Source: Octopus vulgaris
Taxonomy: Eukaryota
Assembly (NCBI GenBank): GCA_951406725.2
Contig: OX597830.1
Coordinates: 30,752,001-30,816,000 of the forward strand
Length of the DNA: 64,000 nt
Direction: 5' to 3'
Shown here piece after piece: positions 57,672 to 64,000 of this stretch (position 1 is its first letter; every line of letters starts with the position of its first letter). Position numbers and translations under genes: made by a program. The notes below the pieces were generated by a model. It saw only the letters and a program-made list of their open reading frames with translations, was not told where the DNA came from and did not search any database.

Positions 57672-58565
57672 CCTATCTCTATGTCTTCTTTCAAATCTGT
57701 TTCCGATCCCAGTCTCTTTGATGTTCACCTCCACCAAAAACCAAATAACACCAAAAAAATGTATGCCCATCTCCCTCCTAACCCCTCCTAACCCCTACTA
57801 CTCGTCATTTAGAATACGTCTATAGGACCTCAGACAGAGTAGGAGACTAAAGAAAACAAAACAAATAAATAAATAGATATAGGTAATTACAGATGAATAA
57901 AATTATTTAATAACACGACTTGACAGCGTTGACCAAGAGAAATTGAAAATGGAGTCGTTGATTGACGGATGTTCACTCCTCGTTGTACTCACAGTATTTC
58001 TTTCTCTCTCTTATTTGCCCCACCTTGCTCTCTTTCTTTCTACCCTCTGTCTGTCTCTCTCTCTCTCTTTCTCTCATTCTCTCACTCAGTCACTTACACG
58101 CTCTCTCTCTCTCTCTCTTAATCTCTCACTCTCTCTCTCTCTCTCTCTCTGCATAGCGTATATTTTTTACTAGTTTCTGTCACCCAGCTGTTATACATAC
58201 ATACACAAACATGAACAAACATACATACATATACACACATGCATACATACACAAACATACATACATACACTCATACACACATACATATACACATATATAT
58301 ACATAGATACATAGATACATACATTCATACATACATACGTACATACATACATACATACATACATACATACATACATACATACATACATACATACATACGT
58401 ACATACATACGTACATACATACATACGTACGTACATACATACCTACATACATACATACATACATACATACATACGTACATACATACATACGTACATACAT
58501 ACATACATACATATATACATATCTTTGTGTGCTTCTGCATCTGCATGAATCTGTGTGTGCGTACA

Positions 58566-58652
<87 letters not shown>

Positions 58653-58803
58653 CAATATAGATAGATGTATATGTATGTGTGTGCGTCTGTTTGTGTGTGT
58701 GTGTATATATACACTCTTATGTATATATATATATATATATATTCCTTGGCGTTTAGATACATGTATGAGTATGAGGGTGAATCAGGAATGGACAATATAC
58801 AGT

Positions 58804-58856
<53 letters not shown>

Positions 58857-59261
58857 ACTCATGCATATGCGCACATGTACTTCTACTTACAACTGGATGC
58901 AGGACGACACGAATATTCCAGCTTATAGTTCGAAGTTGATACGAGACATGGTGTCATGCGTGAATTCCTTTTTGCTTGGAATATTTAAGGACGATAGCAA
59001 ACCTTGATAAGCGATTAATATGGAGCTTCTGAGAAGTTGACTGTCAGAACAGGCTAGCTGGTCTGTTGGCTCGTTAGCTGGCTGGCGGGCTGGCTACGTG
59101 GATGTCATTTAATTTCGATTGGGAATATAAGCATACAGAGTTTCGTATAGTAGTTTCTAGAATAGCCAAGTGTTCCAATGGCCGAGTAAGCTATCATCAG
59201 AGAGGGAGAAGTCAGAGAGGTGAAAAGATGAGGGAATATAACCAGTCGAAGATATTAATAA

Positions 59262-59520
59262 AATAAATAAATGCGCCCTTTTTAAAGCCTAGCCAGGCTC
59301 ATGGGCCCGGTTTCCCGGTTTCCATGGCGTATGTGTTATCCAGCTGGACGGGACGCCAGTCCATCGCAGCGTTACTCATTTTTGCCAGCTGAGTGGACTG
59401 GAGCAACGTAAAATGAAGAGTTTTTGCTCAAGAACACAACGCGTCGCCCGGTCCAGGAATCGAAACCACAATCTTACGATCATGGTGACTGAAACCCTAA
59501 CCACTAAGCCACGCGCCTCC
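59262..59520 (-). mobile_element. tRNA-headed SINE family D, full length
   Basis: ggaggcgcgtggcttagtggttagg (A box), ggtttcgattcctgg (B box), CORE-like gtgttcttgagcaa...ctccagtccactcagctg and a (ttta)n tail. agtcgaagatatta flanks both ends as a TSD. Confidence 0.85.
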
Positions 59521-59833
59521 ACACAGTCGAAGATATTAGATATCAAAAATGGTGGAAGGAGCAGAGTAAAATAGATACGCGTTCGGTAGTCTCATGTAGT
59601 ACCATGTAGCTCCATATATACATATATGCATGTATGCATGCATAGATGCATACATACATATATATATATTTACAATGATATGCATGGGATTACATACATA
59701 AAGCAAAGCATACAAATCTGCACATATACATACATATATACATATATACATACATGCCCCAGCATGGCCACAGCTCATGAGCTGAAACTGGAAAAATCAA
59801 AATCAAAAAAATATACATACATACATACATATA

Positions 59834-60051
59834 CAAGGGGTTGTTGAAAAGTTCCTGGCGTTAAGGATGTCACGGAAGGCCTGGTTAGAGGCCCAACATT
59901 CTGACATTTTTTTTTACCGTTGTTAGAAAAAATTAAAAGACAGCTTCAATAAACGTGTAAATCTGAGAGGAGAGAATGTTGAATAAAATCATAAGTAACT
60001 GATCCTCCTGTATTAACCCTCAGCCAGTAACTTTTCAGCCCACAATCACCT

Positions 60052-60053
<2 letters not shown>
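59834..60053 (+). mobile_element. mariner-derived MITE, second copy
   Basis: TA-flanked and colinear with 445-649 (gttgaaaagttcc, ggcctgg..agaggcccaac, aatctgag.ggaga). Confidence 0.72.
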
Positions 60054-60087
<34 letters not shown>

Positions 60088-60139
60088 CATACATACATAC
60101 ATACATACACACACATACACATATATATATATATATATA

Positions 60140-60198
<59 letters not shown>

Positions 60199-60199
60199 G

Positions 60200-60246
<47 letters not shown>

Positions 60247-60400
60247 AATTGTATATATACATATATTAAATGCGTGGCACTTCGGGCAACTCTTTTCTAT
60301 TGTAGCCTCGGACTGACCAAAGCCTTGTAAGCGGATTCGGTAGACAGAAGCAGAAAGAAGTACATCGTATATAAGTACATACATACATATATGTGTGTGT

Positions 60401-60449
<49 letters not shown>

Positions 60450-60530
60450 CATGTATGTATGTATTTATATATGTATATATATACATATAATATATTATAT
60501 TATATTATATATATATGAGAGAATATGTAA

Positions 60531-60564
<34 letters not shown>

Positions 60565-60587
60565 ATAATTGTATATACATATATTAT

Positions 60588-61950
60588 ATGCGTAGCACTT
60601 GGGAAAGTGTCTTCTACTGCAGCCTCGGGCCGACTATAGCCTTGTGATTGGATTTGATAGACGGAAACTGAAAGAAGCACGTTGTATATATTTCGTTGTT
60701 TAAGAAAAATGTCCAGTTCCTTGGTTTTGTGTTTATGTTTTCGTTTCTCATTGTGTTCGACGTTTTTTTTGGTGTCCTGTACCCATATATGCGTGTATAT
60801 ATATGTAGAGGTAGGTACGTACATATATGTATATATGCATATGTTTTATTTATTAATTTATTATATGACGGAACGCACGCATCCATTTCTAAGTATGATT
60901 ATTCTTGATATTAATAATGATGCGCACTCTTGACCTTTCTGTCCCATCCCTTTCTCAGCCTTCATTCTTTCTGGTTTCCTTTGCTTCTACCTTACTGTCT
61001 CTCCTTCTCTCTCATTCTTCATTCTTTCTGGTTTCCTCACAACCATTCCCTTTTTCTCTCTCCCTTTCTCTTGCCCATCTTCCTCCCTCCCGTCGTTGAC
61101 CCGCGACGAGAGCTCTGCTACTGTCTTTCTGGCCTGACTTCCTTGAAGTGTGGACGGCATTTTCTGTTGCTCCTTCGTCGTTCTCAAAAATAGCGTTCGT
61201 AATACTTTTTCTCGTTCGGCTTAACATCCCTTCTTGTCTTGTTATTCTCCTTGTCCTGTCTTTTACTGTTTATATTTTGTATTGTCGTTACTGTCCTGTT
61301 TTTGTTATCATTTTTACCCCTCCGCAAAAAGATCTCAAATTTTATTTAATTTGCATTTCGCGGGAAGGAAAGTATCTATCGAAGATGCGTATCGCCTTCA
61401 CCTTCGAAACGCAGAGTAGATGAAACCATGGTGACTGAAGAAGGGGAATTTTCCTTGTGTTATTTGTCCTGTACTCTATTTTTTCGTTGTTTAAGAAAAA
61501 TGTCCAGTTCCTTGGTTTTGTGTTTATGTTTTCGTTTCTCATTGTGTTCGACGTTTTTTTTTTTGGTGTCCTGTACCCATATATGCGCGTATATATACAT
61601 GTAGAGGTAGGTACGTACATATATGTATGTATATATGCATATGTTTTATTTATTAATTTATTATATATATGTATGTATGTATGTATGCATGTATATATGT
61701 GTGTGTGTATATATGTATGTATGTATAAATATTTGTGTGTGTGTGTGTGTCTGGAGTTGTCCCTCCACCATCGCTTGACAACTGATGTTGATGTGTTTAC
61801 GTCCCCGTAACTTAGCGATTCGGCAAAAAAGACCAACAGAATAAGTACCAGGCTTACAAAGAATAAGCCCTGCGGTCGATTTGTTCGACTAAAAGCAGTG
61901 CTCCAGCATGACCGCAGTCAAATGACTGAAACAAGTAAAAGAATAAAAGA
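60588..61950 (+). mobile_element. SINE family A split by a nested insertion
   Basis: The 5' half (60588-60685) and 3' half (61735-61950) are separated at the internal (TA)n by 60691-61666. Confidence 0.75.
60691..61666. mobile_element. non-coding element with ~175-bp terminal direct repeats (unit ~790 bp)
   Basis: 60691-60866 is near-identical to 61482-61666. The interior is pyrimidine-rich with no credible ORF. Partial copies lie at 9464, 51138 and 51843. Confidence 0.75.
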
Positions 61951-61959
61951 ATATATATA

Positions 61960-62032
<73 letters not shown>

Positions 62033-62313
62033 AAGAAAGAGAGACAGACAGTGGGAGTGAGATGGTTATGATGATGGTGATGATAATGGTTTGCATTTCG
62101 ATCACTCGTTCTCTAACCATATATATTTGTGTGCGTATATGCGGGCGGGCGCGCGCGTGTTTGCATGTAACTGCAAATGTGTATGTGTGTGCGCGCGTGC
62201 GCGCGCGTGTAGGTCACGATGCTCTCGGTGAGAGTATATACAATACTACTGCCATCTGTTACAGCACCACGCCCAATCTTTAACACCTACATACACTATA
62301 TATATACATGTAT

Positions 62314-62359
<46 letters not shown>

Positions 62360-62433
62360 TATATATAAATGTACATATATACATGTATATATATATATAT
62401 ATACACACACATATATACACATATAAATATATT

Positions 62434-62468
<35 letters not shown>

Positions 62469-62991
62469 GCATACATATACACATATATATATATATGTAT
62501 ATATACTGCACAGTCAGACACTCGCACACACAACTTCACGTCCACATCCACCTTCAAGCTGACGAACCAAGCTGTTGCCAACCTTGATGTCTTTTTCTTC
62601 ACAGCTTAGCGAAGAACTTTATACGCGGATATTGTTTTCGATACGGTCTGCAAAGCTAATCAGATGTGCGTGTGTTCATTTGTGGTGAGGGTGCCGTGTG
62701 CTCTTGTTTGATGTCCTGTGTATAATATGCATGTGTGAAGCGTATCGGCGAACGCTGGTAAGCTTTGCCGGGTGATTGACCTAGTATATGCATGTGTATA
62801 GCATGTATGTGTATGTTTGTGTTTGTGTGTGTGTATTGGTGTTTGTGTGTGTGTGTGTATGTGTGTGTATTTGGACGTGCGTATGAATGGATGTTTAGAT
62901 AGTTATATCTTAAACATGTTTGTTGAAGAGTTGTTTATTATTCAACCCCAGGTCATAGCTATGATCCGCCAGCATTTATAGATAGATAGAT

Positions 62992-63028
<37 letters not shown>

Positions 63029-63055
63029 TACAGACAGACAGACAGACAGACAGAC

Positions 63056-63114
<59 letters not shown>

Positions 63115-63128
63115 CAAACAACCAAACT

Positions 63129-63214
<86 letters not shown>

Positions 63215-63525
63215 CAGACAGATAGACAGACAGACAGTTTTTGGTCTAAAATAAACTAAGCTCATTTGTAAATCTTAGTTTCAACAAATAAATCTGGTTT
63301 CAATTTTGGTTTAAATCTAGCCAGTAGAAAATAATGACAGGTGATTACAATTCTCTTTGGCGAATATATTCAAAGGAGTTTATGAAAAGAATATTTAATG
63401 TGAAATATAACTAGCTTATTCAACTTCGAGGAATCTCTCTTTAATAACTCTGGCTTCAAATCTGGTTTAAATCTGGTCAGCAAATAATAGTAACTGCGAA
63501 CTACAATTCTCTTCGACAAATATAT

Positions 63526-63909
63526 GTTTCTTTATTGTCCACAAAGGGCTAAACACAGAGGGAACAAACAAGGACAGACAAACGAATTAAGTCGCTTACA
63601 TCGACCCCAGTGCGTAACTCGTACTTAATTTATCGACCTCGAAAGAATGAAAGGCAAAGTCGACCTCGGCGGAATTTGAACTCAGAACGTAACGGCAAAC
63701 GAAATACGTATTTCTTTATTACCCACAAGGGGCTAAACTCAGAGGGGACAAACAAGGACAGACATAGGTATTAAGTCGATTACATCGACCCCAGTGCGTA
63801 ACCGGTACTTAATTTATCGACCCCGAAAGGATGAAAGGCAAAGTCGACCTCGAAATACGGCTACGCATTTCGCCCGGCGTGCTAATGGTTTTGCCAGTTC
63901 GCCGCCTTT
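63526..63909 (-). mobile_element. SINE family B with a second family B copy nested inside it
   Basis: Outer 16-bp TSD tcttcgacaaatatat (63510-63525, 63910-63925). The inner insert 63709-63850 has a 9-bp TSD cgaaatacg (63700-63708, 63851-63859). Confidence 0.88.
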
Positions 63910-64000
63910 TCTTCGACAAATATATTCAAAGGAGTAATCGAAGACAATTTTATTTCCTTAAAATTAACTAGGTTGATCAACTATGCAGACACTCGCTTTA

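Noticed and set aside
59140-59205. Minus-strand CTGATGA...GAAACTACTA hammerhead-like words
   Set aside because: Stem I and stem III do not pair; plausibly chance.
62590-62690. Strong splice-acceptor-like site tctttttcttcacag
   Set aside because: The following frames are short and unrecognisable and there is no clear donor, so support is insufficient.

Overview
This is eukaryotic, AT-rich, microsatellite-saturated DNA with no confidently identifiable host gene; it is probably intronic or intergenic. Nearly all ORF-track entries are translations of (TA)n, (CA)n, (TATG)n, (GATA)n or (GAT)n tracts. The repeat repertoire looks like an octopus (coleoid cephalopod) genome, which is an inference. 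Supported content: two decayed ~1.25-kb Tc1-like transposons with DD36E spacing; mariner-derived MITEs; a hAT-like MITE; about 20 copies of a tRNA-headed SINE with an internal microsatellite; three further SINE families; and fragments of RTE, CR1/L2-like and RLE-type (R4/Dong-like) LINEs. The most interesting signals are five. (1) Several (TA)n-embedded short repeat families carry minimal hammerhead-ribozyme-like folds (best at 21583-21627), one family with a recurrent variant core. (2) A ~790-bp tandem/permuted element is nested inside a SINE. (3) A perfect 103-bp-arm hairpin lies between (TA)n tracts. (4) A LINE 3' tail shares a co-varying stem-loop with the dominant SINE, making it a candidate partner LINE. 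(5) An RLE retrotransposon tail recurs inside (CATA)n tracts. Boundaries of decayed repeats are approximate and were read by eye.
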